From a virus: a stretch of DNA of 64,000 bases. A model generated the notes under the pieces. That model was not told the origin of the DNA and searched no databases. It was given only the letters and a program-made list of their open reading frames with translations. Shown piece after piece: positions 16,036 through 25,782 of this stretch. Positions within the stretch are counted from its first letter, which is position 1. Every line of letters starts with the position of its first letter. The stretch lies in IMG/VR virus record IMGVR_UViG_3300042549_007727. One strand, given 5' to 3'. A program made the translations under genes and the position numbers.

Positions 16036-16590
16036 ATGACGAATACAAAATACGTAAAGAAAAACCAGCAAGTCCCGAAGCACATAGCTGACTTTTTTAA
16101 GGCTACGACAGACGCCCCTACTCGAGACTACTTAATCCGAGAGTTGTGTTACAAGCATTGGACCTATGAAGCAGTAGCTACTGCCTGCGGGATTACCCGC
16201 GAGCGAGTTCGCCAGATATATACTTCTGAACCAGTGACTGGCTATATGCCGATCCCATTCGAAATTCCAGAGCCACCTCTAAGACCGGAGCGTTCTAAGC
16301 CGGTATACATCGAGCCAACCCCAGCTACGCTAAAGCGTCTACTAGAGCTTCAGCCCTATGCCCAGCTGGTGCGATCAAATGGAAAAGCTTACCGAGAGGA
16401 AGCCGAGGAGTATACCAAGCTGCTCAACTATGCCCACACTGTAGAAGGCGTGACCCTATATCGTCTAGCAAAACGTCTTGGCGTAACTCATGGTGCATTG
16501 CGTTTCCGCCTTGTACGCTACGGCTACAAAAAGCCAGTAACAGCAACATCAAAGGTCTACAACCCGATTCTTAAAGAAAATAGAATTTAA
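16036..16590 (+). CDS. double-HTH DNA-binding protein (sigma region 4-like HTH)
   Basis: TYEAVATACGITRERVRQI; GVTLYRLAKRLGVTHGALRFRL. Confidence 0.75.
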   Translation: MTNTKYVKKNQQVPKHIADFFKATTDAPTRDYLIRELCYKHWTYEAVATACGITRERVRQIYTSEPVTGYMPIPFEIPEPPLRPERSKPVYIEPTPATLKRLLELQPYAQLVRSNGKAYREEAEEYTKLLNYAHTVEGVTLYRLAKRLGVTHGALRFRLVRYGYKKPVTATSKVYNPILKENRI

Positions 16591-16600
16591 GGAGCAACAA

Positions 16601-16969
16601 ATGGGATACTACACACACAAAAAAGCGCCGCTAATTAGAACGGAAGAAGTCGATCTTCCTTTCCACACTGGCTTTCATGACTACCCAGGGCAAGAGTTGC
16701 CAGCGTATCTTTCAGTTTTTGATGTTGCTCCCGACATTAACGTTGAGGTTTACGTACTTAAGGGTCAGACACGAGTTTTCTATTTTAGAGAGCTATTGCT
16801 AGACCCCGAGACAAAAGAAGTTTTAGTTTACGGGAAACATGCAACCCCTCTAGGTCACAGGGATACTATTCATTCGTGGATCAACACTTACTTTAAAAAG
16901 ACTTCTATGTCTAGGTCATGGGTTGAAGATAGAAGACGTGAGCTTACAAAGCTAAAGGTTAACAACTAA
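16601..16969 (+). CDS. hypothetical protein
   Basis: RBS AAGGAG. Confidence 0.7.
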   Translation: MGYYTHKKAPLIRTEEVDLPFHTGFHDYPGQELPAYLSVFDVAPDINVEVYVLKGQTRVFYFRELLLDPETKEVLVYGKHATPLGHRDTIHSWINTYFKKTSMSRSWVEDRRRELTKLKVNN

Positions 16970-16988
16970 AGTAGGGTAAACTACCTAC

Positions 16989-18398
16989 ATGGGTAAAAGT
17001 CTTATGGAGCAGCTAGCTCTTCTTTCTGAAGAAGAGCGTTTAGAGGCGCTCTCAGATATTGATCCAGATTCTCTTATATGGGATTGGACTGTCTGGGCTC
17101 GCCCGGAGCAGGTAGCCCCGCCGGGAGTTGATTGGAACATCTGGCTTGTTATGGCAGGTCGTGGTTTTGGTAAGACCCGACTAGCGGCAGAATGGGTTCG
17201 CGAACAGGCAAAGTACACAAACACCGGACAGCGACGTTTTGCACTTGTTGCCCGTACCGCAGCCGACGTACGCGACGTTATTGTTGAAGGTGAGTCGGGA
17301 ATTATTAACGTATCCGCTCCCTCCGAGAGACCTCTCTACGAACCTTCAAAGCGTCGCCTAACTTGGCCTAACGGAAACACTGCCACGCTATTTACCGCGG
17401 ATGAGCCTGACGGTTTGCGTGGTCCTCAGTTCACTCACGCATGGGGTGATGAGATTGCTGCTTGGAGGCAGACCCCTGACGCTGCAGGTATGACCGCCTT
17501 TGATAACCTCCGAGTTGGTACTCGTCTTGGTGCAAACCCGCAGATGGTCGTGACTACCACCCCCAAGCGTGTTCCGCTTCTATACAAACTTATTGAAGAG
17601 TCCAGAACTGACAAAGGTAACGTAATTATTACCAAGGGTTCTACCATGGACAACGCTGGAAACCTTTCGGCCTCATATCTTGACACTATTACCGGCGTTT
17701 ACGAAGGTACAACTCTTGCACGCCAGGAGCTTTATGGAGAGATGCTAGAGGACCTCGAAGGATCTATGTGGAACGAAGAGATGGTTGAAGAAGCTAGACA
17801 TGCTATGTACCCATTCTCCACTCCTCTAAGAGTGATTGGAGTGGACCCTTCTGTTGCTGAAAACCCTCGCGATGAGTGTGGAATTGTAGTTGTTGCATCT
17901 ACTGCAGATTACGATCTATATAAGCGCGAAGCTTGGGTGCTAGAAGACGCGTCTGTCCTTGGATCCCCAGATACTTGGGCACGTAAAGTCGTTGAGATGG
18001 CACGCAAGTGGGGCTGCCCAGTTGTAGCCGAAGTAAACCAAGGTGGAGCCCTAGTTAGAAACGCAATTCTTTCAATCGACCCGACTATTAAAGTTCTAGA
18101 AGTCCACTCAAAGCACGGTAAGCAGCTCCGCGCTGAGCCAATCGTCCTTGCTTACGAGCAAAAGCGCGTTCATCACGTTGGATATCTCCAAGATTTAGAG
18201 TCTCAAATGTATTCTTGGATTCCTGGAGAAGGAAAATCTCCTGACCGTATCGATGCACTAGTTCACGCACTTACTGCTTTGCTAATTAAACCACCACCAG
18301 GATTTAGTGGAGGAAAAATTAGAGCAAAATCCCTCAGCGACCGTAAAATACCGGGAGTATCGCCCTCTAGAAGCTCAAAAATATTTAGGGTCAGATAG
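16989..18398 (+). CDS. terL: terminase large subunit
   Basis: AGRGFGKT Walker A, LRGPQF..AWGDE Walker B, IGVDP nuclease, SPDRIDALVHA. Confidence 0.95.
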   Translation: MGKSLMEQLALLSEEERLEALSDIDPDSLIWDWTVWARPEQVAPPGVDWNIWLVMAGRGFGKTRLAAEWVREQAKYTNTGQRRFALVARTAADVRDVIVEGESGIINVSAPSERPLYEPSKRRLTWPNGNTATLFTADEPDGLRGPQFTHAWGDEIAAWRQTPDAAGMTAFDNLRVGTRLGANPQMVVTTTPKRVPLLYKLIEESRTDKGNVIITKGSTMDNAGNLSASYLDTITGVYEGTTLARQELYGEMLEDLEGSMWNEEMVEEARHAMYPFSTPLRVIGVDPSVAENPRDECGIVVVASTADYDLYKREAWVLEDASVLGSPDTWARKVVEMARKWGCPVVAEVNQGGALVRNAILSIDPTIKVLEVHSKHGKQLRAEPIVLAYEQKRVHHVGYLQDLESQMYSWIPGEGKSPDRIDALVHALTALLIKPPPGFSGGKIRAKSLSDRKIPGVSPSRSSKIFRVR

Positions 18399-18401
18399 AA
18401 T

Positions 18402-18770
18402 ATGGATAAAATAGTCCTAGATAGGTTTCCTTGCCACTTAATAGCTGTTCCCGCTGGCTTTACAGAAGATATTTCTACTTTAAATTCGTACGATCCGACT
18501 CCAGGGGCCGCATATTTAGAAATAACTAGAGTTATTCTGACCGAAAAAGCAATAATGGTTGCGAAAGATAGCCAGGAAGGCCCGCAAATTGTCTTCCAAG
18601 AGCGCTATTCAGAGGCAGATGTGTCAAAAGATCCCTCAAAAGACACTAGAATTACCACGGAAAGCGGAAAAATGCTGGTTTTTAAGAAAGATACGGCTTG
18701 CGGGTGCGGATCTAGACTTAGAGGCTGGAACCCCTATAAAACTCTAAATTCAAGCAAAGATCGGTTCTAA
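18402..18770 (+). CDS. hypothetical protein
   Basis: C-terminal CGCGSRLR. Confidence 0.7.
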   Translation: MDKIVLDRFPCHLIAVPAGFTEDISTLNSYDPTPGAAYLEITRVILTEKAIMVAKDSQEGPQIVFQERYSEADVSKDPSKDTRITTESGKMLVFKKDTACGCGSRLRGWNPYKTLNSSKDRF

Positions 18771-19073
18771 ATGATTGATATTTTAATAAATCAGCCCTTT
18801 TTACTAGTAATTTTGTCTCTCGCGGGATTTAGAATTACTCGACTCGTGACTCAGGACACAATTACCGAACCATTTAGAAATGCAATCTGGAAAAAATTTC
18901 CACCTAGTACTCAAATTGGATATCTTTTTACATGTAACTGGTGCACAGGTTTTTGGGTAGCGCTTTTAGTTTTTATTTTTTGGGTAGTCGCTCCTGAAGC
19001 CGCGATTGTGGTATCATTAGTCTTGTCTATATCTACAATAATTGGACTTATATCCGCTTGGACTGAGCGTTAA
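18771..19073 (+). CDS. DUF1360-like membrane protein
   Basis: RITRLVTQDTITEPFR...LFTCNWCTGFW. Confidence 0.75.
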   Translation: MIDILINQPFLLVILSLAGFRITRLVTQDTITEPFRNAIWKKFPPSTQIGYLFTCNWCTGFWVALLVFIFWVVAPEAAIVVSLVLSISTIIGLISAWTER

Positions 19074-19087
19074 GGCAGGGAGCCCCT

Positions 19088-20836
19088 TTGGGTATTTTTA
19101 AGAAAGAGCCTCAGAAGCAAACTAGAACATCTAGTGGTGCTCCTCGCGCGACTGCTCCAAAGAATGCAACCAGAGTTGCCCCTGGAGTTTCTATAGACTC
19201 TTTTGGAGTCGTCTACGCCGAAGCACAAAACTTCAACACACCTAGACCTCTTACTGCTGCCGCGGCTCAGGTAAATCTAAATGACAAAGGTGAAGCAGAG
19301 CAGTTTAAATCTCGTAGACAATCAGCATCTTCATCTTGGCAGACAGAGGCCTGGGAATACTACGATGCTATCGGAGAAGTTAAATATGCTTTCAACCTAG
19401 TTGCGTCTGTTGTTTCTCGTATTCGTCTGTACGCAGCTGCAGTCCAAAATCCAGCTGAAGCCCCAGCTCCAATTCTTTCTGTAGACAAAGTGGATGAGAG
19501 ACTAGCTGCCGCTGCACAACGCGCACTAGAAAGACTAGATTCCGCATTCGGTGGTCAGGCAGGTCTTTTGAAAGACGCTGCACTAAATCTTCAAGTGACT
19601 GGTGAGTGCTACTTAGTTCAGATGCCAGAGAGACTTGGATCGGGTCTTCCAGAAAGCTGGGACATTCGTTCAGTTGATGAGCTTCAGGTTGACTCTAAAG
19701 GCAACTACGTAATTAATCAGAGTAGAGACGTCGGTAATGGAAATAGCATGATGTCTTCTCGCAATAATAAAGACATAATTAAACTTCCAAATTCTGCGTT
19801 TGTCGGAAGAATTTGGCGAGCACACCCTCGCTACACGCAAGAGTCGGACTCTTCACTACGCGGTCTACTAGATCTTTGCGCTGAGCTACTACTTCTAAAC
19901 CGCACCTTCCGTGCAACTGCACGTTCACGCTTGAACGCTGGTGCTCTTTACTTGCCAGACGGTCTTTCAGTAGCTGCGTCTCCAGACCCAGACTACCCAT
20001 ACGACGAAGACGGTAACTACAACGAGCAGTACAACCCGGAAGAGTCCGCTGACGACTTCGAAGATCAGCTAATCGACGCGATGACTACTCCGATTAAGGA
20101 TGAGGACTCAGCGTCTGCTGTTGTTCCACTGATTATTCGTGGTCCTGCAGAACTTGGTGACAAGATTAAGCAGTTCAAGTTCGAGCGTTCATTCGATCCA
20201 GCGCTTTCTGAAAGAAGCGACCGCGTACTAGAGCGAATCATGCAGGGTCTAGACGTTCCTAAGGACGTTGTAACTGGCCTAGCAAACGTTAAGTACTCTA
20301 ACGCTCTACAGATTGACGAAGCACTCTACAAGGCACACATCGAGCCTCTAATGCTTTTGATTGTTGACGCTCTTACTGTTATGTACTTGCGCCCATATCT
20401 AATTGCTAACGGCTACCCAGAAGAACAAGTAAAAAACATTTGCGTTTGGTATGACCCGTCTCTAGTTGCTACCCGCAATGACCGCGCAGCTGATGCTGAC
20501 TCTGGTTTTGAAAAGATGGCAGTTAGCTATGACACATGGCGCAGAGCTCATGGATTCTCCGAGTCCGATGCCCCAGACCCAACCGAGTTTGCACTAAGAC
20601 TTGTACTACAAAAGGGAATGATCACACCTGAGCTTACAGAGTCTATGCTCGCTAGTATTTCTCCAGAAATAATGGGAAAGATTAGAGATCAGGCTATGCA
20701 AAATAGCGGAGCAGCTATTCCGCCCGAAATTGACCAAATTCTTAGCGGAGATACAGTCTCTCCAACGCCGGAAGCAGATGCTGCCGAAGCTCCACCAGCC
20801 GAGCCCGCGGCACCACTAGCAGAACCAGAGGTATAG
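19088..20836 (+). CDS. portal protein
   Basis: 582 aa downstream of terL; WQTEAWEYYDAIGE actinophage portal-like N-terminus. Confidence 0.85.
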   Translation: MGIFKKEPQKQTRTSSGAPRATAPKNATRVAPGVSIDSFGVVYAEAQNFNTPRPLTAAAAQVNLNDKGEAEQFKSRRQSASSSWQTEAWEYYDAIGEVKYAFNLVASVVSRIRLYAAAVQNPAEAPAPILSVDKVDERLAAAAQRALERLDSAFGGQAGLLKDAALNLQVTGECYLVQMPERLGSGLPESWDIRSVDELQVDSKGNYVINQSRDVGNGNSMMSSRNNKDIIKLPNSAFVGRIWRAHPRYTQESDSSLRGLLDLCAELLLLNRTFRATARSRLNAGALYLPDGLSVAASPDPDYPYDEDGNYNEQYNPEESADDFEDQLIDAMTTPIKDEDSASAVVPLIIRGPAELGDKIKQFKFERSFDPALSERSDRVLERIMQGLDVPKDVVTGLANVKYSNALQIDEALYKAHIEPLMLLIVDALTVMYLRPYLIANGYPEEQVKNICVWYDPSLVATRNDRAADADSGFEKMAVSYDTWRRAHGFSESDAPDPTEFALRLVLQKGMITPELTESMLASISPEIMGKIRDQAMQNSGAAIPPEIDQILSGDTVSPTPEADAAEAPPAEPAAPLAEPEV

Positions 20837-20839
20837 AAA

Positions 20840-21295
20840 ATGCATTACGACAAAACAGAGATGGCTAAAAAACTGGCAGAGCTACTGTCTGAAGTAGTTA
20901 CTGCAAAGTTCATAATGCAGGGCTACCACTGGAACGTACTTGGCCCAGACTTCGGTGAGTACCACGAGTTCTTTGGCGAACTTTACGAGGACCTAGAGTC
21001 ATCTGTTGACCCAATCGCAGAGAATATTCTTAAGATTGGTTACCCAGCTCCGTACTTACTGTCCGACTTTTGCGAACTGTCAAAGATTCAAGAAGCTAGA
21101 CAAGATGGTTCATCTTCTAGATTCCTACTAGAGTCCGCTCTAAGAGTAAACCAGTGCGTACTTGATTCTTTGATGGAGGCTTTTGTTTGTGCAGAGTCCT
21201 GCAGCGAGCAAGGTCTTATGGACTTTTTAGCGGGACGTATTGACACCCACAAAAAGTGGAACTGGCAAATTAAGGCCTTCCTAGGAGTTCGCTAA
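20840..21295 (+). CDS. dps: Dps / ferritin-like DNA-protection protein
   Basis: HWNVLGPDF..YHEFF..LY......D.IAE ferroxidase signature; HKKWNW C-terminus. Confidence 0.88.
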   Translation: MHYDKTEMAKKLAELLSEVVTAKFIMQGYHWNVLGPDFGEYHEFFGELYEDLESSVDPIAENILKIGYPAPYLLSDFCELSKIQEARQDGSSSRFLLESALRVNQCVLDSLMEAFVCAESCSEQGLMDFLAGRIDTHKKWNWQIKAFLGVR

Positions 21296-22599
21296 TGTCT
21301 GAGTATCTACAAAGCGTTCTTAAAGCTGCAGGTGGCCATGCCGCTCCTGTAGAAAACCTAAAAGAAAAAGACATTCGTGCTTCCCTAGAGGCAGCCGGAA
21401 TGCTTGTACCAGAAGAGCAAGACCTTGCCGATGCGCTACTAGAGATTGTAGAGAAGCATGGAAAATTTAACGACGACAACACTGGCGTTTGGGCTGGCTA
21501 TACTTCTGCTAAAGAGAATGCAGAAAACGCAGAGATTGGCGTTAAGTGCGGCAACTGTGTTTTCTGGCAAGCACCTAACGGATGTCAGATTATTGTTGCT
21601 GAGGTAGAGGAAGGCGGCCTATGTCGTTTTGCTGTGCTCCCAGACGGATCTGTAACTCCTGGTTCCTCTACTCCTAGCGAGGAAGATGAATCCAAAGAGC
21701 CTGTAGAAAAATATTTCTCTAAGGAGCCAAAGCTAATTCAAGACCTACTAAAGTCTGCAATTAGCGAAACAGAGGACGAGTACTCAGACGAGTATCTAGA
21801 TATCTATGACCTAACTCCAACACAAGAGACCGTCGATTCTTCAAACTTCAAAGAAGCTGCTGACTATGAAAAGCCAGTAGTAGTTTACAGAGATGACTCT
21901 GGAATGTATCTTGTTGATGGACACCACAGGTGCGCTACTAAAGTAAAAAACGGTGGCAGTGGGATTAAGGCAAAAGTATATAAACAGCTATCGCTAATAG
22001 CGGCAGCCGAGTCTGAAGCTAACCTTAAAAAAGATGCAGATGACCCTTGCTGGTCCGGATACGTCCAGGTTGGAATGAAAAAGAAGAACGGTAAGCGCGT
22101 ACCTAACTGCGTACCGTCAGCTGCCACAATTAACATGCTTGTAGATGACTTTAACTCTCAGTTTGGGTCCGCTCGTCATATTACTAAAGAAGCTGCCTAT
22201 TCAGTAGCCCGAAGTGCCCTTGAAAGGTACAGCGACTTGTCTGACGAGGAAATATACTCTGCCATCCTGTGGGAGCTACACGCTTTCGCTGAGTACGCTA
22301 CTTCAGGCTCTGTGGAAGACGTCTCAGATGACTTCTCCGAGTACGCAGGGTTGACAGCTGAAGGCCACCCAGGCAGGCAGTCTTCCATAGTGGCAGCTGC
22401 AACATGGATTGCCGGTGCTTCCGAGCTGTCCGAATCTTCTAGAGATGCAATAGCAAATGCCTTTAATGACGAGCTAGACCAAGTAGATTCTTTGCATGCA
22501 GCAACTAGAGTCCGTGCTCTTATTTCTAGTGGAGCGCTATCTGATAGCACTCTAGCTCAAATAAAAGCCTTACCAGAAAAATACCCTAAAGTCAGCTAA
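21295..22599 (+). CDS. multidomain head-module protein (HiPIP-like Cys cluster + ParB/Srx-like domain)
   Basis: CGNCVFW..C...GGLC; YLVDGHHR; PCWSGYVQVGMKKKNGKRVPNCVP. Confidence 0.6.
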   Translation: MSEYLQSVLKAAGGHAAPVENLKEKDIRASLEAAGMLVPEEQDLADALLEIVEKHGKFNDDNTGVWAGYTSAKENAENAEIGVKCGNCVFWQAPNGCQIIVAEVEEGGLCRFAVLPDGSVTPGSSTPSEEDESKEPVEKYFSKEPKLIQDLLKSAISETEDEYSDEYLDIYDLTPTQETVDSSNFKEAADYEKPVVVYRDDSGMYLVDGHHRCATKVKNGGSGIKAKVYKQLSLIAAAESEANLKKDADDPCWSGYVQVGMKKKNGKRVPNCVPSAATINMLVDDFNSQFGSARHITKEAAYSVARSALERYSDLSDEEIYSAILWELHAFAEYATSGSVEDVSDDFSEYAGLTAEGHPGRQSSIVAAATWIAGASELSESSRDAIANAFNDELDQVDSLHAATRVRALISSGALSDSTLAQIKALPEKYPKVS

Positions 22600-22606
22600 A
22601 TATTAT

Positions 22607-22617
22607 TAGGGTAAAAT
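22607..22617 (+). promoter_or_regulatory. putative late-promoter motif TAGGGTAAAAT
   Basis: Same or near-identical motif at 16972, 33033, 39796 and on the minus strand at 62910-62920, each at the start of a gene block. Confidence 0.6.
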
Positions 22618-22656
22618 TTTAGTTAGCTCTATAATTTTATTCGCAGAGGACCCTTA

Positions 22657-25600
22657 ATGCTCGACGGCAAAAACCCTGAATTCGAACCGATTATTTCTAG
22701 TATCGGATTTAACGATGGAGCTAACAAAGGCTTCTGGAGAATCCAGCCACGTGACGACGAAGGTCAGTGGATCGAGATGGGCGCGGACGTATTGTTCCGC
22801 TTTCGTACCGGAAGCGGTAACTTAGTTGTTGCTACTGAGCGTGGAGTTTATGTAGGACCTGGCGGTCGTCCTGGAATGGCCCGAGTCTTAATTTCAAAAG
22901 ACACCGAGTCTGGACTAAAGGCTGGCGTCTATCAAGTAGAGTCAAGAAACTTGCAGCAGTTCAAGGCAATTATTCCAAACGCTAAATCTAAAGCGGGTGC
23001 GCCAGCGGCTAGAAAAGACAAGTTCGGTAAGCCAGTAAGAACTCTAGAAGATTCCAAACTACCAGCGCTACAAGATTTGCTTTCTGGTTCTCAAGAAATT
23101 ACAGAAGAAGATCGTCGTCTAGCTCAGGGTGATCTAACTCCAGAAGAGCGCGAAGCCGAGCAGGATGGAAGACAGAAGTCTCCAGTTGCAGATTTGCCAG
23201 CTGGTTTCGAATCTGAAAACCCAGAGGAAGTAAAGAAACTTCTCCGTGAGTCAGGTGTTGATCCAGACGAGTTTGACAAAAATACTAGCCCTAGTTTTGA
23301 ACAAGATCCAGAGCTAGCAAAGAAGGCTCAGGAAGCTACTAAAGGCCAACTACTAAGAAAAGAAAAGCCTACAGCTTATGGTCGCGGCAACACTAAAGAC
23401 TTCTCTGAGCTACCAGACGGCACCGTTTTAGATGAATATCAGAGAGCTCAGTTCTACCCATCCCTCGACAGCTACACCGGACCGTTTGGCCCAGTGTGGC
23501 GTCAAATAATTAAAAAAGATGGTAAATGGTTTTTACGCGGTAAAGATGGGAAACCAAAAGGTGCTGCACTAAAAAGAGCAGACTTAATTGCCAGACTCAA
23601 TAGCGGAACTTTAGCTGACACCGGTGCTGGCTCTAAGATCGATGAAAATGGAAATCAAGTCGCCGCTTGGGCAGACGAAGTCGGTCAGCTAACTCCTTCA
23701 GAGATAGCTAACTCCGACCCGGCCGATGATGTAGTTAAAGACTTAATGGCAGATGTGGCTTTTGACGGCGACACTACTCCAGATCTAGATTCAGTTCTTA
23801 AAAAGCAGGAAGCTTTAATATCTTTTAGAGAAACCGCTAAGACTCAAAAAGTCCCTTTTGATCTTGACCGTGGAGATATTGTTTTAGGTGAAGACGGATC
23901 AGAAAAAACAATTCTAGATGTTGAATTAGGAAACGCTGCCACCGGAGTTCCAGCTAAGGTTAGAGTACAGAACTCTGACGGAAGCATCGAAGAGCTTTCC
24001 GTAAGCATGAGGGACAAATTAAATATTGCAACTGGACGGCGTGGACAGATAAAGCGTCCGCAAGCCCCGGCCTCTAGACCCGAAGCACCTACTCCGGAAG
24101 TAACTGCCCCGGAGGCCCCGAGAGTAGATCCTGAAACTGTAGAGCCTGGAGAGATGGCCCCTGAAGACGGTTTAACTGTTGTCATGACCCCAGATGGTCT
24201 AGCCCCGGCCAACTTCCCGCCTGAAGATCGACTAGATGACGGCTCTAACTTTGATCTCCCTACGCTAACAGACGAAGAGTTGGCTGCAGCTCGAGGAATG
24301 AGCTTGTCACCTCTTCTAGATCCTGATGGCACTCCTGCAAAATACGTTGACGAAAATGGCAATCTTGTAGACGCAGAAGATCCTTTTGCGATGTTAGCTG
24401 CTCTTGCTAAGGCGTTCCCTAACGCTAAATTTGCTCCTGACGGCTCACTAATTTTGCACCGCCAAGTAGATACAAAGAGCGGAAAGATTTTTGAGCTCCG
24501 AGCCAGCAACTCCGGTAAGAGGGCTATCGTATACTCCTTCAGGTTCTACAATCCTGCAAACCCTGAAGACTATGTAGAGTATCAGCACAAAGACGATAGG
24601 CACTCGGTAACTGCACTATTTAGCGAGGCAAACGGTCCCGAAGGGCTATTGGACAGACTGCTCGGTAGGGTAGATCGAAAAGGAAAAAATTGGGGCCTAC
24701 CGGAAAACTTTAAATTCGGTAACACTAGGTATCAAAAATCTGACAGCTTATTTAAAAGATCCAGATGGTTTAGGTCTGGTACTGGTGACCGCAAAAAAAT
24801 GGAAGAAATTGGTGACAACGCCGTTCGTCTTGCTCAAGGTAGAGCCGCAGTTCTAGAAAAAGAAACCAAGAGAATTAAAAACAGCGCTATCCCGTCGCTA
24901 TGGGAGGCATTTGATGAACTATTTAAGTCGGGCCCAACAAGCGAAGAGCGAGATGTAGAGCTTAAAGACATGTTCTACCAAACCCTATACGGTGTCTTTG
25001 GAAGAATTCCACTTGGCGAAAAGTCTCATGCAAACGCTAGAAAAGCTATTCGTTCAGAATTTAGACGAAAGTTTCCTACTGCCAGCAAAAAAATGGAGCG
25101 CGCTTTTAACGGCTACGTAACTTCTGCGTCTGAGCGTATGCGCGGAATCTACAGAGGAACTGATCCTCAGGTTAGATCTATTAGATATGCATCTAAAGAT
25201 AGAACAAGAACTATTGAACGAGGCATGACTGTAGAGTACACCAACAACGTTGGGCAAACTTCTATAGTCAAGGTCACTGATTTAGTCGAGAACACTACTT
25301 CTAACCCCAACGATAGGGACTCGTACGACTACGGCGACAATGTTATTGTTACAGATGCTAACGGCCGGAAGATAAGAATAAATGCTATCAAGCTAAAAAT
25401 CATGCTGTCTCAGGGCACCCCTCTTACCGCATACAGACCTAATCTTCTAGGTGAAGAGCTGCGCCAGGCTAGAATTGACAGTGGACTTGCAGAGGCACCT
25501 AGCACTTCTCGACCTAGAAGAATTCCAGGTGCTGGCACTGTAATATCAGATCCGGCACCGCCTCCAATGCTTGTCGATGACTTTGTTGTAGGTGAGATGC

Positions 25601-25767
25601 TCTACAGTAAGTCAAATGGCGCTCCTCTTGGAATAATTAAAGCAATCAGACCGACTACTTCTCGTAATGGCACTCAGGGGCTAGCGTTCCTATACACATC
25701 GCCTGACGGTACCGAAAACCAGGTTGCTTACGCTTTAGGTACGGAAGTAACACCAAAAAAAGTTTAG
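22657..25767 (+). CDS. large head-module protein (probable internal/ejected virion protein); 0-frame product
   Basis: Between portal and protease; QPRDDEGQW motif; ends at an A7 slippery site. Confidence 0.7.
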   Translation: MLDGKNPEFEPIISSIGFNDGANKGFWRIQPRDDEGQWIEMGADVLFRFRTGSGNLVVATERGVYVGPGGRPGMARVLISKDTESGLKAGVYQVESRNLQQFKAIIPNAKSKAGAPAARKDKFGKPVRTLEDSKLPALQDLLSGSQEITEEDRRLAQGDLTPEEREAEQDGRQKSPVADLPAGFESENPEEVKKLLRESGVDPDEFDKNTSPSFEQDPELAKKAQEATKGQLLRKEKPTAYGRGNTKDFSELPDGTVLDEYQRAQFYPSLDSYTGPFGPVWRQIIKKDGKWFLRGKDGKPKGAALKRADLIARLNSGTLADTGAGSKIDENGNQVAAWADEVGQLTPSEIANSDPADDVVKDLMADVAFDGDTTPDLDSVLKKQEALISFRETAKTQKVPFDLDRGDIVLGEDGSEKTILDVELGNAATGVPAKVRVQNSDGSIEELSVSMRDKLNIATGRRGQIKRPQAPASRPEAPTPEVTAPEAPRVDPETVEPGEMAPEDGLTVVMTPDGLAPANFPPEDRLDDGSNFDLPTLTDEELAAARGMSLSPLLDPDGTPAKYVDENGNLVDAEDPFAMLAALAKAFPNAKFAPDGSLILHRQVDTKSGKIFELRASNSGKRAIVYSFRFYNPANPEDYVEYQHKDDRHSVTALFSEANGPEGLLDRLLGRVDRKGKNWGLPENFKFGNTRYQKSDSLFKRSRWFRSGTGDRKKMEEIGDNAVRLAQGRAAVLEKETKRIKNSAIPSLWEAFDELFKSGPTSEERDVELKDMFYQTLYGVFGRIPLGEKSHANARKAIRSEFRRKFPTASKKMERAFNGYVTSASERMRGIYRGTDPQVRSIRYASKDRTRTIERGMTVEYTNNVGQTSIVKVTDLVENTTSNPNDRDSYDYGDNVIVTDANGRKIRINAIKLKIMLSQGTPLTAYRPNLLGEELRQARIDSGLAEAPSTSRPRRIPGAGTVISDPAPPPMLVDDFVVGEMLYSKSNGAPLGIIKAIRPTTSRNGTQGLAFLYTSPDGTENQVAYALGTEVTPKKV

Positions 25768-25782
25768 GCCCCTCTCAGGGGC
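25755..25782 (+). other. -1 programmed ribosomal frameshift signal
   Basis: A AAA AAA in phase, 6-nt spacer GTTTAG, hairpin GCCCCT-CTC-AGGGGC; -1 frame open to 27914. Confidence 0.75.

Noticed and set aside
25768-25782. Hairpin after the 22657 ORF as a transcription terminator
   Set aside because: No U tract and it lies in an open -1 frame at frameshift-stimulator spacing
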